Source of the DNA: a virus
DNA length: 64,000 nucleotides
IMG/VR virus record: IMGVR_UViG_3300032249_001455
Coordinates: 9,429 to 73,428 of that record
Direction: 5' to 3' (one strand)
Every line of letters begins with the position of its first letter. The first letter of the stretch is position 1. This document shows positions 11,218 to 21,020 of this stretch, in pieces. Both the position numbers and the translations under genes were made by a program. The notes beneath the pieces are model-generated. The model was given only the letters and a program-made list of their open reading frames with translations, did not search any database and was not told the origin of the DNA.

Positions 11218-12153
11218 ATGTCACTTGATCTTGGTTCACTTCAGAGCGATTACAAGGGCCTCAAGTCCGCCGAGGGTTCTGGCGGCTCCTTCCTCGAGAA
11301 TTTCGTAAAGATGCCGGAAGGCAAGGGGAGCGTGGTGATGCGCCTCCTTCCTCCCGCCCCCTCCAGCAAGTTCGGCCGCGATAAGAGCCCTTTCTATCTC
11401 ACCACGGCCCTCCACAGGGTCAACGGCAAGAGCATCCATGACATCCGCGAGTATGTCAACGGCAAGTGGGTCGGCAAGAATCCCATCGTGGATTACATCC
11501 GCCACTGCTGGAAGGAGTCGGAGCAGGCCGCCCCCGCCGAGCGAGACCGCCTGCAGAACCTCTACAGGCAGCTCAAGCCCATCGAGAGGTACTACTACAA
11601 CGTCATCGTCCGCTCGGAGACCGCCGAGGACGGCACGGTGAAGAAGAATGTCGGGCCGAAGATTCTCTCCGTCGGCAAGACGGTTCACGAGATCATCCTC
11701 CGCGGCATTCTCGGCGACAAGGAGATGAACCAGCCGCAGCTCGGCGACGTCACCGACTTCAAGAACGGCTACGACTTCAAGCTCGTCAAGACGATACGCA
11801 AGTCGGGCGACCAGCAGTTTCCGAACTACGAGGGTTCGCACTTCCTCGAGCAGAGCCCCGCTGCCGACCCGGACGAGTGCAAGAAGTGGATGGAGGGCGT
11901 ACACGACCTCGTCGCCCTCAGAACCCTCAAGACCTACGAGGAACTGGAGCACGAGCTCGCCGTGCATCTCGGACTCAAGCAGGAGTCCTCCGGCGGCTTT
12001 GATCCGTCGAAGTTTGCGACCAAGCCCGCCGCCCCCGTCGCGGAGGAGAAGGTCGCGGCCCCCAAGGCCAGGGTCGAGGAGGAATCCACGGGCGGCGACG
12101 ACGACGAGATCGCCGACAAGGACTTCCTCGAGGAACTCAGAAGGCTGGGCTGA
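11218..12153 (+). CDS. T4 gp32-like single-stranded DNA-binding protein
   Basis: RLLPP, RYYYNVIVR, GDVTDFKNGYDFKLVK, PNYEGS, acidic C-terminal tail; GGAG SD; strongly biased codons. Confidence 0.85.
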   Translation: MSLDLGSLQSDYKGLKSAEGSGGSFLENFVKMPEGKGSVVMRLLPPAPSSKFGRDKSPFYLTTALHRVNGKSIHDIREYVNGKWVGKNPIVDYIRHCWKESEQAAPAERDRLQNLYRQLKPIERYYYNVIVRSETAEDGTVKKNVGPKILSVGKTVHEIILRGILGDKEMNQPQLGDVTDFKNGYDFKLVKTIRKSGDQQFPNYEGSHFLEQSPAADPDECKKWMEGVHDLVALRTLKTYEELEHELAVHLGLKQESSGGFDPSKFATKPAAPVAEEKVAAPKARVEEESTGGDDDEIADKDFLEELRRLG

Positions 12154-12171
12154 TAGGATTCGATAAGAGAA

Positions 12172-12205
12172 CCTCTCCCCGGGACAATCGGGTCCCGGGG
12201 AGAGG
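12172..12205 (+). terminator. 14-bp perfect hairpin between SSB and recA genes
   Basis: CCTCTCCCCGGGAC-aatcgg-GTCCCGGGGAGAGG followed by ATATTT (weak U tract). Confidence 0.6.
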
Positions 12206-12258
12206 ATATTTCCAGCCCCCTCTGGGCTTTCTGCAACAAATCAAAAAAAGGAGACATC

Positions 12259-13449
12259 ATGGCTAAGAAGAATAAGGGTGAGGATTCGGCTCTTGACGAG
12301 ATATTGAGTTCCACCGGAGGAGAACTCCTCCGAAACGCAGGCCAGGTTCCGTACTACGTGGACACCGGCAACCTCGCTATCAACTACGCGTGCAGCGGGA
12401 GGTTCATCAGCGGAGGCTTCCCCGGGGGCAGAATCATAGAGGCCTTCGGTCCCGAAGCCTCCGGCAAGTCGCTTCTCGGATACTGCTTCCTCGGAGCCAT
12501 TCAGAAGCAAGGCGGCATCGCCGTTCTGCTGGACTGCGAAAGGTCGAGCGGAAGCGACTTCGCGGAGCGTTGCGGACACGTTGACCCCGACAAGCTCCTT
12601 GTGTTCGATCCCGTGACCCTCCAGCAGGTCGAGAAGAAGATCATCGCCGTCGTCAATGCCATCCGCGCCAAGTTCCCCAAGAAGCCCATCGGCATCGTCT
12701 GGGACAGCATCGGCGTCAATCCCACCGACAGGGAGTGGAGCGAGGTGGAATTGCCCGAGAACGCCACCAAGGCGGAGCGAGACGCCGTCGGGAACGAGAG
12801 GCCGGGCGAACGAGCCAAGTTTGCAAACAAGATATTGAGGAGCCTCAATCCCTTCCTCAACGACAAGGATGCGACCTTGTACGTCATAAACCAGGTGCGC
12901 AAGAAGATCGGGGTGATATACGGCAACGACGAGACCACCTCCGGTGGCGGCGAGGCCCTGAAGTTCTACGCCTCACTCAGGTTCCGAACCGGCTCCCCGA
13001 AGGCGTTCCAGGACAAGAGCACAAAGCTTTCGCTCGGCACAAACATGACAATTGTCAACAAGAAGAACAGGCACTTCACCCCAGGAATAAAGATAGAAAA
13101 CGTCCCGTTGTTTTACGATTCGGGAATCAATCCCCTCGGGGGCCTCATGGACGCCATCCTCATGTCAAAGAGGGTCGAGACCGCCAAGGGCGCAGGCAAG
13201 TACAAGATTCTCTCCCCGTGGAACGGCGGCGACGAGGAGGCGGTGTTCCAGCAGGCCAAGTCGGCTCCGTTCGACGCCGAGGTTCTGATAAAGTATCCCG
13301 CTCTCATAGATGCCGAAAGCCCGGAGCAGGTCAGGGAGTATCTGAAGGAGTGGTCCGACGCCATCGCCCTCACCAACAGCGACAGCGTGGAGCAGGTGGA
13401 CACGCACCAGGATGTAAGCAACTTGATCGGCGAAAGAAATGAAGATTGA
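12259..13449 (+). CDS. recA: RecA/UvsX recombinase
   Basis: GGFPGGRIIEAFGPEASGKS, WDSI, INQVR, SGGGEALKFYASLR. Confidence 0.93.
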   Translation: MAKKNKGEDSALDEILSSTGGELLRNAGQVPYYVDTGNLAINYACSGRFISGGFPGGRIIEAFGPEASGKSLLGYCFLGAIQKQGGIAVLLDCERSSGSDFAERCGHVDPDKLLVFDPVTLQQVEKKIIAVVNAIRAKFPKKPIGIVWDSIGVNPTDREWSEVELPENATKAERDAVGNERPGERAKFANKILRSLNPFLNDKDATLYVINQVRKKIGVIYGNDETTSGGGEALKFYASLRFRTGSPKAFQDKSTKLSLGTNMTIVNKKNRHFTPGIKIENVPLFYDSGINPLGGLMDAILMSKRVETAKGAGKYKILSPWNGGDEEAVFQQAKSAPFDAEVLIKYPALIDAESPEQVREYLKEWSDAIALTNSDSVEQVDTHQDVSNLIGERNED

Positions 13450-13645
13450 ACTGACGGACGACCAGATTGACGAAGTCGTTCTTTTTGAGATGAGGCGCCA
13501 CTCGGAACTTTTGAAGTCCAACGTGGCCTCTCTCAAAAGAAAGAGACGCAGAGAGAAGTACGAGAACGAAGACCTCGAGAGATTCAAAGAGATTCTGTCT
13601 GCCATGAAGGTGATGCTCGGCTACTACGGCAGTCACCTGAAGTGA
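13439..13645 (+). CDS. Hypothetical protein
   Basis: 68 aa ORF overlapping recA end. Confidence 0.6.
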   Translation: MKIELTDDQIDEVVLFEMRRHSELLKSNVASLKRKRRREKYENEDLERFKEILSAMKVMLGYYGSHLK

Positions 13646-13897
13646 TCATTTGATCTTTTTGTTCTTTTTGTTCTCGATTATCTTGTAGCCGACTTTTTCG
13701 CCTTTGTAGTTTTTGTCGCAGAGGGCCGGCACAAGCCCCTTCAGATCTAGAATTCTCTTTCTTTCTATATCTGCCTTCACCACGAACATCTCGGCGCCGA
13801 AGGCCCGGCAGTACTCCTCCAGGTGCTTGAAGTTTCCGAGCAGGGTGAAGAACCGCTTCTTGTCTCTGGTCTCCAGCATCAGGCATTTCAAAGCCAT
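13646..13897 (-). CDS. Hypothetical protein
   Basis: 83 aa, AGGAG SD upstream, convergent with previous gene. Confidence 0.65.
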   Translation of the reverse strand: MALKCLMLETRDKKRFFTLLGNFKHLEEYCRAFGAEMFVVKADIERKRILDLKGLVPALCDKNYKGEKVGYKIIENKKNKKIK

Positions 13898-14018
13898 GAA
13901 ATTTTTCTCCTATTGCGTTCAAATTAACGTTTTCTGTATGATCCGTCAATGCTTGTTTTTTGGACGAATAATCTCGTTTATTGCGTCGCCGGATCATAAA
14001 TAAGGTGAGCGAAAACAC

Positions 14019-14468
14019 ATGTCAAAATTTGACGAAAAAATAGAAATGATGAGGGGTATGGCCCATCAGCTTGTGCCCTACAATTTTCCGCTCGGGCCGG
14101 TGGAACTGGAATACCACATAGCCCCTCTGAAGAGGTGCGAGGCCGTCGTGGACGGCTATTCCGTCGTTTTCCACCTCAACAGGGCCACGTACAACGACCA
14201 CTACCTGGAGACCTTTCAGGTCTACAACAAGTACGCTCCTTTCCTGCCGTTTTGTCTTGTGACGAAACTCGCCAAGAAGGTTCTCGGGGGGCATTTTCTC
14301 TTCCTCGTTGAATTCTACCAGGACGACAGGAAGGTTTATTGCTGGAGCGTCTGCCTCGACGACAGGGGCAGGCCGATCTCGTCGCCGACAAAGGAGAAGT
14401 CCAAGCCGAGGGTTTTCGAGGGTTTTGAATACATGTACATGACCCCCGATCAGCTCAACCTATATTGA
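14019..14468 (+). CDS. Hypothetical protein
   Basis: 149 aa; CATAAATA upstream. Confidence 0.7.
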   Translation: MSKFDEKIEMMRGMAHQLVPYNFPLGPVELEYHIAPLKRCEAVVDGYSVVFHLNRATYNDHYLETFQVYNKYAPFLPFCLVTKLAKKVLGGHFLFLVEFYQDDRKVYCWSVCLDDRGRPISSPTKEKSKPRVFEGFEYMYMTPDQLNLY

Positions 14469-14512
14469 TTTCATGATTCTTTGCAGTTGATCTCACAAAG
14501 GGAGGACAAGCC

Positions 14513-14818
14513 ATGAAAAGGACCAACAAGGAGAAGATTCAGAGGCTTTTTGTAGAATATCTTCTGAAGGAGGGCGGTCTTGCGCTGACCCTTCCGAACG
14601 GGATGGTCCTCGAGGTGGGAGTCACCCAGGAAAACAGGCGCGGCGATCTGGAGATCATTCCCGACTACTGCTGGGTGGTGGCATCCCAGCGAGACCGTTC
14701 CGTCTCCATAGACAGTTACAATCTCGGGCTCAGATACCCCGGCGACAAGGAGATGGTGTGCGAGCACTCCATACAGTCCGCGGATGGAACCAACATCAAC
14801 GTCGTCGATGTTGTCTAG
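14513..14818 (+). CDS. Hypothetical protein
   Basis: 101 aa with GGAGG SD. Confidence 0.7.
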   Translation: MKRTNKEKIQRLFVEYLLKEGGLALTLPNGMVLEVGVTQENRRGDLEIIPDYCWVVASQRDRSVSIDSYNLGLRYPGDKEMVCEHSIQSADGTNINVVDVV

Positions 14819-14830
14819 GCAAATCTGGCA

Positions 14831-14859
14831 TTGACTTTTCTATTGTAATCTACTAATCT
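14831..14859 (+). promoter_or_regulatory. Sigma70-type promoter
   Basis: TTGACT-17 nt-TAATCT. Confidence 0.55.
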
Positions 14860-14934
14860 GTAACGCATGTGGCTCGTTGAGAGCCTTTTAATTCTCGCCT
14901 TCGGGCGTTTGCTTTCAGATGATGGAGATTTTGA

Positions 14935-15213
14935 ATGATTCAGTCAAAGAGGAAGTTGGGAAAGTCGGAGATAACCCTTATCAAGGAGTACTGCTCCAGA
15001 CTTTCGGACGAGGAGTTGCAGACGGTTGCGACGATGCTTCGCGACGAGTTTTCGTATGACATTTGCGTGGCTCTGGAAATCTTCCAGAAAGACGTTCAGG
15101 TCAATCGCTGGCTCAGCCAGTCGACAGGGAACGAAGACCTTCGCGTGCGTGCGGACGGAATCGGCGAACTCGCCTTGATAGAAATCAACTTGAGGCTTTC
15201 CAAGAAGAAGTGA
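14935..15213 (+). CDS. Hypothetical protein
   Basis: 92 aa with GGAG SD. Confidence 0.65.
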   Translation: MIQSKRKLGKSEITLIKEYCSRLSDEELQTVATMLRDEFSYDICVALEIFQKDVQVNRWLSQSTGNEDLRVRADGIGELALIEINLRLSKKK

Positions 15214-15228
15214 TTTGGAGGGTGGGAG

Positions 15229-15270
15229 GGGGGCGGTCGTGATTTTATTCGCGGCCGCCCCCTAATTTTT
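15229..15270 (+). terminator. GC-rich hairpin plus T tract directly before helicase ATG
   Basis: GGGGGCGGTCGTGA/TCGCGGCCGCCCCC stem then TAATTTTT. Confidence 0.55.
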
Positions 15271-18200
15271 ATGGCGCTAACAAGACTTTCCGACCAGCTC
15301 GACCTCGTCAGCACGGCAGACTTCCCGCACGGGAAGTATCCGTTTGAGAAATTCAACCGGGTGCAGAGCCGTGTTTTCGAAATCTGCGACAAGAACTGCA
15401 ACTGCGTCATAGCCGCCCCCACCAGCGTGGGCAAGACGGTCTGTGCGGAACTTTTCATGAGCCACGAGGTTCGCGTCCGCGGAGGCAAGGCGATATACCT
15501 TGCTCCCCTGCGGGCCCTGGCAAAAGAGAAGATAGACGACTGGACTTCTCCGGACTCCATATTCGGCGATCTGAAGATAGCCATATGCACCGGCGACTAC
15601 AGGCTCACCGAGTCCCGCATGAGGGAACTCAACGAGGCGGACATCATTGTGATGACCTCGGAGATGCTCAACAGCCGGTGCAGGAACATGGATTCGGAGA
15701 AGAACGACTTCTTGAAGGACTGCGGCACCATCGTCGTGGACGAGTCGCACCTTCTCACGGTGCCCGGCCGTGGAGACCACCTCGAGGTCGGTCTGATGAA
15801 GTTCTCCGAGGTTGCAAGGGATCCCAGGATCGTCTTTCTTTCGGCGACGATGCCGAATGTGGATCAGATAGCGGACTGGGTGGGGTGCAGCCTCGTCAAG
15901 AAGGACACCTACCTTGTGAAGTCGGAATACAGGCCGTGTCCCCTGGACATCCACTACGAGACCTACGAGGTGTCCGAGAGCTACGAGCTGACGGAGGAAT
16001 ACAAGGTCTCCAAGGCCGTGGACATCGTGAGGAACTATCCCGACGACAAGTTTCTTGTTTTCGTCCACTCCAAGTCCACGGGGGAACGCGTCAAGAAAGC
16101 CCTTCAGGATGCGAAGGTAGACTGCGAATTTCATAACGCCGACCTAGACAAGGACAAGCGTCATGAGGTGGAAAAGAAATTCAAGTACGGAAAGCTGAGG
16201 GTGATAATAGCCACAAGCACATTGGCCTGGGGGTGCTACAAGCACGGCAGCAGAGTCGTGATGCAGGATGGTTCGCTCAAAGACGTCGCCGACATAGTGG
16301 TGGGCGACAAATTGCTGTGCCCCGTGAAAGACGGATTCGCCCCGAGAAAGGTCGTCAAAGAAAAGACCTTCAGATCTGACCGGGGCTATTTTGTCAAGTT
16401 GGAATGCGGCGACACCATGACCGTCTCCGAAGATCATGTTTTTCTCGCGGCGAAGGACAGGAATTCGCCCGAATGGTGCGACGTTTCATATCTATCCCGG
16501 GGCGATTTTGTAGCCGTTCCTTCCGATTTGAAATTGTGGACTGATGAGCTTGCCGACCTTGATCGATTCTGGTATTTGGTCGGATTCGCCTTTGGAGACG
16601 GCTGTCTCGTGGACTGCGGTTTTCACGCCGATGGATCAAAAAAGGCGGTTCTTGATCTGTGCCTTGGAAAGATGAACCGTCTTTCAAGAGAAGTTGTGAG
16701 GATGTTCTCGGAAGAGTTCAATTATGATGCCAAGGTCAAAAATGATACCAACGGCGTCCCTCATGTTTGCACAAAGAAAAAGATAATAGTTGACAAATTT
16801 CTTGAACTCCTCCCGCTCGGCAGAAAAGACGGAAAAGACGACTTGCCTAGAGCCGTGTACCTTAATCAATTGAGGATCAAGAGCTTTTTGAGAGGCCTAT
16901 TTGATGCCGACGGTGGTTCAGAAGACCACTCCAACGGCAATGTTTCTGTGGGTTTTACGAACATAAGCGAAAAGGTCGTCCATTCGGTGCGAAGTCTGCT
17001 TCTGGGATTCGGCATAAGATCTTCTTTCGGACGAAAACGCATGGTTCCTTCTGTAATAAACGGAAGGCTCCAGATTCCAGCAAGAAAATACTCCTACAGA
17101 CTCAGAATTTTCGGAGTGGACAACATTCAGAAATTTGTGAATCACATTGGATTCGGATGCCCGGACAAGACGGCGAAAATATCAAAATATCTTTCTTCAA
17201 AGATCACTGACGCATCAAAGGATCTCATTCCTGCGAGGGAGTTGATCAGGGAGCATCTTGACAAAAATGGCATGGGAGCCTCCCATTTCAAGTCGGCTAC
17301 AAATTGCGACCTCTACAACAGCATCAAAACGCAGGATTGCAGAAGAGGCACCATTTTGAAGCTTATTTCTTCTGCCCGGAAAAGGACTAGACTGAACGAA
17401 CTTGTGGAAAAGCCTTATTTCTGGTCTAGGATCAAGGAAATAAGAAAGTGTCGCGGCGGGTTTTTCAAGGAAATAGAGATAGAAGACCCCCATGCTTACA
17501 TTGGATGCGGTGCGATATCCCACAACTGCAATTTTCCCGCACGAAGGGTCGTCATAACGGGCGTCCACAGAGGCATGAGCGAGGTTGAGACCTACGACAT
17601 ATTTCAGATGGCTGGTCGTGCGGGAAGGCCGGGATACGACCCGCGGGGCGACGTCTACATTCTTCTGCCCGACAACAATTCTGAACACCACGAGGACCGG
17701 CTCTCCTCCCCCAAGGACATAGAATCGCAGCTCCTCAGTTACTCCGGCAAGGAAGAAGACCCCCATTATAAGACTCTCGCCTTCCACCTCGTCAGCGAGA
17801 TACACCACGGCCAGATAACCACGCTTCAAGACATACACCACTGGTACGGGAAGTCCCTCGCCTATTTCCAGTACAACGACCTGGAGGACTCCATCGTGGA
17901 CAAGACGATGGAACTTCTGATGAGAGTCGGTGCAGTCAAGGAGGTCGAGGGAAAGTACGAGGTCACCTCCGTAGGCAAGGTGTCCAGCATGATGTACTAC
18001 AGCCCTTTTGACGTCGCGGATCTGCGGAGGAATTTCAAGTTTCTTTTCGGCAACGGCCTGCAGAGCAACGACATGGCGGTCGCCCTTGCTCTCGGAAACG
18101 TGGACTCGATCAGGATGGGTTTCGTCACGAGGGCTGAAAAGGACGAGATGGAGGATTTTTCCTCCAAGGTTCAGAACGCCTTCGGAGGGGGCTATCTTGA

Positions 18201-18591
18201 ATCGTCCATAAAGGGCGCATACGCCTATTACTGCCTCTTGAACGGCTATACTCTGGGTCCGTTCAACGCGATGGCCAGGGGCCTTCAGATGGACTTTGAG
18301 AGGCAGGCGTCCGTACTCAACATGCTTGACTCCATGGCGGCCAAGTGGAACAAGCGAGACTTCTTCAGCAACCTTTCTCTTCGTATAGCCTACGGCGTCA
18401 GACCCGAACTCATAGACCTCTGCAAGGTTCCCAATGTCGGCAAGGTTCGGGCGGAGAGGCTTTATTCCGCAGGCATAAGAAGGCCCGCAGACATGCTCAA
18501 AAACCCCCATGTCGTCAAGAAGATACTGAATATGAAGGACGATAAGGTCATGGAAATATTGAAGGCGGCCAAATCAATTGCTTCTTCTTAA
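15271..18591 (+). CDS. Ski2/Hel308-like SF2 helicase containing an intein
   Basis: APTSVGKT, APLRAL, DESH, LSAT, TSTLAWG, QMAGRAGRP, C-terminal HhH (VPNVGKVRAERL). Confidence 0.9.
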   Translation: MALTRLSDQLDLVSTADFPHGKYPFEKFNRVQSRVFEICDKNCNCVIAAPTSVGKTVCAELFMSHEVRVRGGKAIYLAPLRALAKEKIDDWTSPDSIFGDLKIAICTGDYRLTESRMRELNEADIIVMTSEMLNSRCRNMDSEKNDFLKDCGTIVVDESHLLTVPGRGDHLEVGLMKFSEVARDPRIVFLSATMPNVDQIADWVGCSLVKKDTYLVKSEYRPCPLDIHYETYEVSESYELTEEYKVSKAVDIVRNYPDDKFLVFVHSKSTGERVKKALQDAKVDCEFHNADLDKDKRHEVEKKFKYGKLRVIIATSTLAWGCYKHGSRVVMQDGSLKDVADIVVGDKLLCPVKDGFAPRKVVKEKTFRSDRGYFVKLECGDTMTVSEDHVFLAAKDRNSPEWCDVSYLSRGDFVAVPSDLKLWTDELADLDRFWYLVGFAFGDGCLVDCGFHADGSKKAVLDLCLGKMNRLSREVVRMFSEEFNYDAKVKNDTNGVPHVCTKKKIIVDKFLELLPLGRKDGKDDLPRAVYLNQLRIKSFLRGLFDADGGSEDHSNGNVSVGFTNISEKVVHSVRSLLLGFGIRSSFGRKRMVPSVINGRLQIPARKYSYRLRIFGVDNIQKFVNHIGFGCPDKTAKISKYLSSKITDASKDLIPARELIREHLDKNGMGASHFKSATNCDLYNSIKTQDCRRGTILKLISSARKRTRLNELVEKPYFWSRIKEIRKCRGGFFKEIEIEDPHAYIGCGAISHNCNFPARRVVITGVHRGMSEVETYDIFQMAGRAGRPGYDPRGDVYILLPDNNSEHHEDRLSSPKDIESQLLSYSGKEEDPHYKTLAFHLVSEIHHGQITTLQDIHHWYGKSLAYFQYNDLEDSIVDKTMELLMRVGAVKEVEGKYEVTSVGKVSSMMYYSPFDVADLRRNFKFLFGNGLQSNDMAVALALGNVDSIRMGFVTRAEKDEMEDFSSKVQNAFGGGYLESSIKGAYAYYCLLNGYTLGPFNAMARGLQMDFERQASVLNMLDSMAAKWNKRDFFSNLSLRIAYGVRPELIDLCKVPNVGKVRAERLYSAGIRRPADMLKNPHVVKKILNMKDDKVMEILKAAKSIASS
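16234..17526 (+). mobile_element. Intein (431 aa) with LAGLIDADG homing endonuclease
   Basis: Starts at Cys after TLAWG; block B VSEDH; LVGFAFGDG and FLRGLFDADG; ends SHN|C; more AT-rich than flanks. Confidence 0.92.
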
Positions 18592-20085
18592 TCCCCTTGA
18601 TCTCCTCTTGACCCTGTCCACGACGAACTTGATCTTCTGTTCAAGTACGGATTTGTTCATCACAATTGTATTGTTTTCCCTTCCGCTTTTGCTCATCCAC
18701 AATGATGTGGGCTGACTTCCTCCGTCGCAGTCTCTTTTTGTCTCGCAGCACGAACAGTTTCCTACGGCTTGTATCTCGACACTTATGGAGTCGCCATCCT
18801 CTACTTCAGTTGAATTGCCGGCACTTCCATTGAGAATCAAGGACACCTGGCAATCCTGAAGATTTGAAGAGGAAAGTTCGGCAGTCACCGTACCTGCGCC
18901 GACGGCTTCTACGCCCCCCGAAGACATGTACAAGCAGCATCCGCTCGTTGTGAGCGTCACCGTGACTTGCTGACAAGGCGAACAGCTGCTGGAGCTGCTT
19001 GATTCCGAACTGCTGCTTGATTCTGAAGTGCTGCTCGAACACAGGCAGTTTTGGGCACACTCCTCTTTTGTTTCATATGGCCCTCCGAGAATTTCGTAAA
19101 TGCTTGGATTGTACTGTGATTCTGGTATGCAGATTACATCACAACTACTGCTACTTGATGATTCTTCGCTCGAACTACTTGACTCCGAAGAGCTGCTTGA
19201 ACCCGACGAACTGCTTGAACCCGAAGAACTGCTTGAACCCGAAGAGCTGCTTGAACCCGACGAACTGCTTGAACCCGAAGAACTGCTTGAACCCGACGAA
19301 CTGCTTGAACCCGACGAACTGCTTGAACCCGACGAACTGCTTGAACCCGACGAACTGCTTGAACCCGAAGAGCTGCTTGAACCCGAAGAGCTGCTTGAAC
19401 CCGAGGTGGAAGAAGTTCCTCCGGATGTGTCCGAACTTGTCGGAACCGAAGGCAATGTTCCCGATTGTGAAAATACGAAGCCGTTAGAATTTATTGCCGA
19501 TTTAGAAAATGTTGGGATTTTCCAAAAACTCTGTCTCCTTCGTGCGCAGTAATATCTTTCTTGGCTACTGCTGCTTGAAGATTCTTCGCTTGAGCTACTT
19601 GAATCTGAAGAACTAGAGGAATCGCTTGAAGAGCTGCTACTACCGCTAGAACTTGACGGTGGTGGAGAGGACGACGAACTTCCGCTGGAGGAACTGCCAC
19701 TGCTTGACGAGCTGCCGGATGAAGAACTTCCTTCGGTGGAACTTGACGTTGGTGGCGGATTTTCGGTAGAAGAACTTGTCGGCAATGTCCCGGCTTGTGA
19801 AAATACGAAGCCGTTTGACTGTAGAGTTTCCCTTGAAAAAGAGGGCAGGGAGGGAAGTTTATTTGCCTTTTTCTTGAATTTTATCCCGCTGAAGTTATAT
19901 CCGTCAAATACGCAGTCGCACCTGCATTCGGGGGGGTCGCTCGGGCCGCATTCAAAGTATATCGTTACGCTGTCGCAGCAGTTGTCGGGCGGACATGTAT
20001 TGCAGCAGTCAGCAAAGCACTGTTGGGCCGGATTTGTGGCCCTTCCCGGCTTTCCTCTTTTGAACGGCCCGCAGCAGTTTGGCAT
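18574..20085 (-). CDS. Ser-rich, Cys-rich low-complexity protein (putative virion glycoprotein-like)
   Basis: 503 aa ORF with poly-Ser/SSSSSG tracts between Cys-rich modules. Confidence 0.7.
   Translation of the reverse strand: MPNCCGPFKRGKPGRATNPAQQCFADCCNTCPPDNCCDSVTIYFECGPSDPPECRCDCVFDGYNFSGIKFKKKANKLPSLPSFSRETLQSNGFVFSQAGTLPTSSSTENPPPTSSSTEGSSSSGSSSSSGSSSSGSSSSSPPPSSSSGSSSSSSDSSSSSDSSSSSEESSSSSSQERYYCARRRQSFWKIPTFSKSAINSNGFVFSQSGTLPSVPTSSDTSGGTSSTSGSSSSSGSSSSSGSSSSSGSSSSSGSSSSSGSSSSSGSSSSSGSSSSSGSSSSSGSSSSSGSSSSSGSSSSSESSSSSEESSSSSSCDVICIPESQYNPSIYEILGGPYETKEECAQNCLCSSSTSESSSSSESSSSSSCSPCQQVTVTLTTSGCCLYMSSGGVEAVGAGTVTAELSSSNLQDCQVSLILNGSAGNSTEVEDGDSISVEIQAVGNCSCCETKRDCDGGSQPTSLWMSKSGRENNTIVMNKSVLEQKIKFVVDRVKRRSRGLRRSN
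19190..19405 (-). repeat. 12 x 18-bp coding tandem repeat (SGSSSS)n
   Basis: Unit GARCTGCTTGAACCCGAN on + strand, no spacers. Confidence 0.9.
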
Positions 20086-20337
20086 TCAGTTCCCAAAAAA
20101 GTCGTCTGGATATTCAATTTTTACAACTCCATTCTTGTCGGTCTTTTCGCCGGTTTTGGGATCCTCCACCCACCATCTGACTTGGTTTACCTGTATGCCG
20201 AGTTCGTCCATGTGACACTTGTCCTCGGGACTAACCGGCATGTGGTATTTCTGGCCTTCCATCAGGATCGCTACATTGCATAGGCCTTCTGATCTGTTGA
20301 ACAGAAGGCAGTTTCCGCATATTGGTTCTTTGGACAT
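20086..20337 (-). CDS. Small Cys-containing hypothetical protein
   Basis: CGNC...C...C pattern; abuts the Ser-rich gene. Confidence 0.65.
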   Translation of the reverse strand: MSKEPICGNCLLFNRSEGLCNVAILMEGQKYHMPVSPEDKCHMDELGIQVNQVRWWVEDPKTGEKTDKNGVVKIEYPDDFFGN

Positions 20338-20429
20338 GCAATAGTTGAGCTAAAATACCGCAAATAAACCCGCTGATATGTATTGATAGCGGCCTGTCTT
20401 TTTGATATCATCCCGGAGAGGAGAAATAT

Positions 20430-21020
20430 ATGAAATTCATATGTGCCGCAGGGCAGATGAGAAGTGGCAAGAATGTCACTGGAGAGTACTTGTGTGGCAA
20501 AAGTGGCTTCCTCCCCGCCTCGTTCGCCAAGCCCGTCAAAGACATATATTGCAGGGCTTTCGGCGTGGATATGGACTTCGTGGAGAAATGGAAGGTGATA
20601 AACGAGCCTCCCCCGGGATTTGACAAGACGGTCAGGCAATCACTCCAGTTCATAGGCGACGGGTTCCGCAGCATCAATCCGAATGTTTGGGTAGACTACG
20701 CCTTTAGTAATAATCCTGAAAAATCTTGCTACATGGACGGAAGGTACCTCAATGAGTTATCTAGGGTGAGGCTTGAGGGCGGAGCAAACATCCTTCTGTG
20801 GCGGCCAAGACATGAGAACAACGACTCCAATCAGTCTGAAGCACAAGTGAAACCTCTCGTGGATTGGTACGCCGAAAGGCGGATTGAGGGAGAGGTCGGA
20901 ATGCTGGATAGGTCTTCGGCTCCAAAGGGGTGTGAGCTCGTGGACTTCTTTCTGATCAACGACGGCGACATACCGAGTCTCTATAGAAAAATAGACAGGC
21001 TCGTCATTCCAAAAATCTAA
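20430..21020 (+). CDS. Deoxynucleoside monophosphate kinase (T4 gp1-like)
   Basis: AGQMRSGKN P-loop, FAKPVK, RQSLQFIG, DGRYLNE. Confidence 0.8.
   Translation: MKFICAAGQMRSGKNVTGEYLCGKSGFLPASFAKPVKDIYCRAFGVDMDFVEKWKVINEPPPGFDKTVRQSLQFIGDGFRSINPNVWVDYAFSNNPEKSCYMDGRYLNELSRVRLEGGANILLWRPRHENNDSNQSEAQVKPLVDWYAERRIEGEVGMLDRSSAPKGCELVDFFLINDGDIPSLYRKIDRLVIPKI

Noticed and set aside
17215-18510. Long antisense ORFs (also 5711-6403, 7898-8863, 30541-31623, 40514-41335, 63590-63994)
   Set aside because: They are shadows of well-supported + strand genes and show no motifs.
19190-19405. Possible CRISPR array
   Set aside because: 18-bp units are contiguous with no unique spacers and encode SGSSSS in frame; no cas genes.
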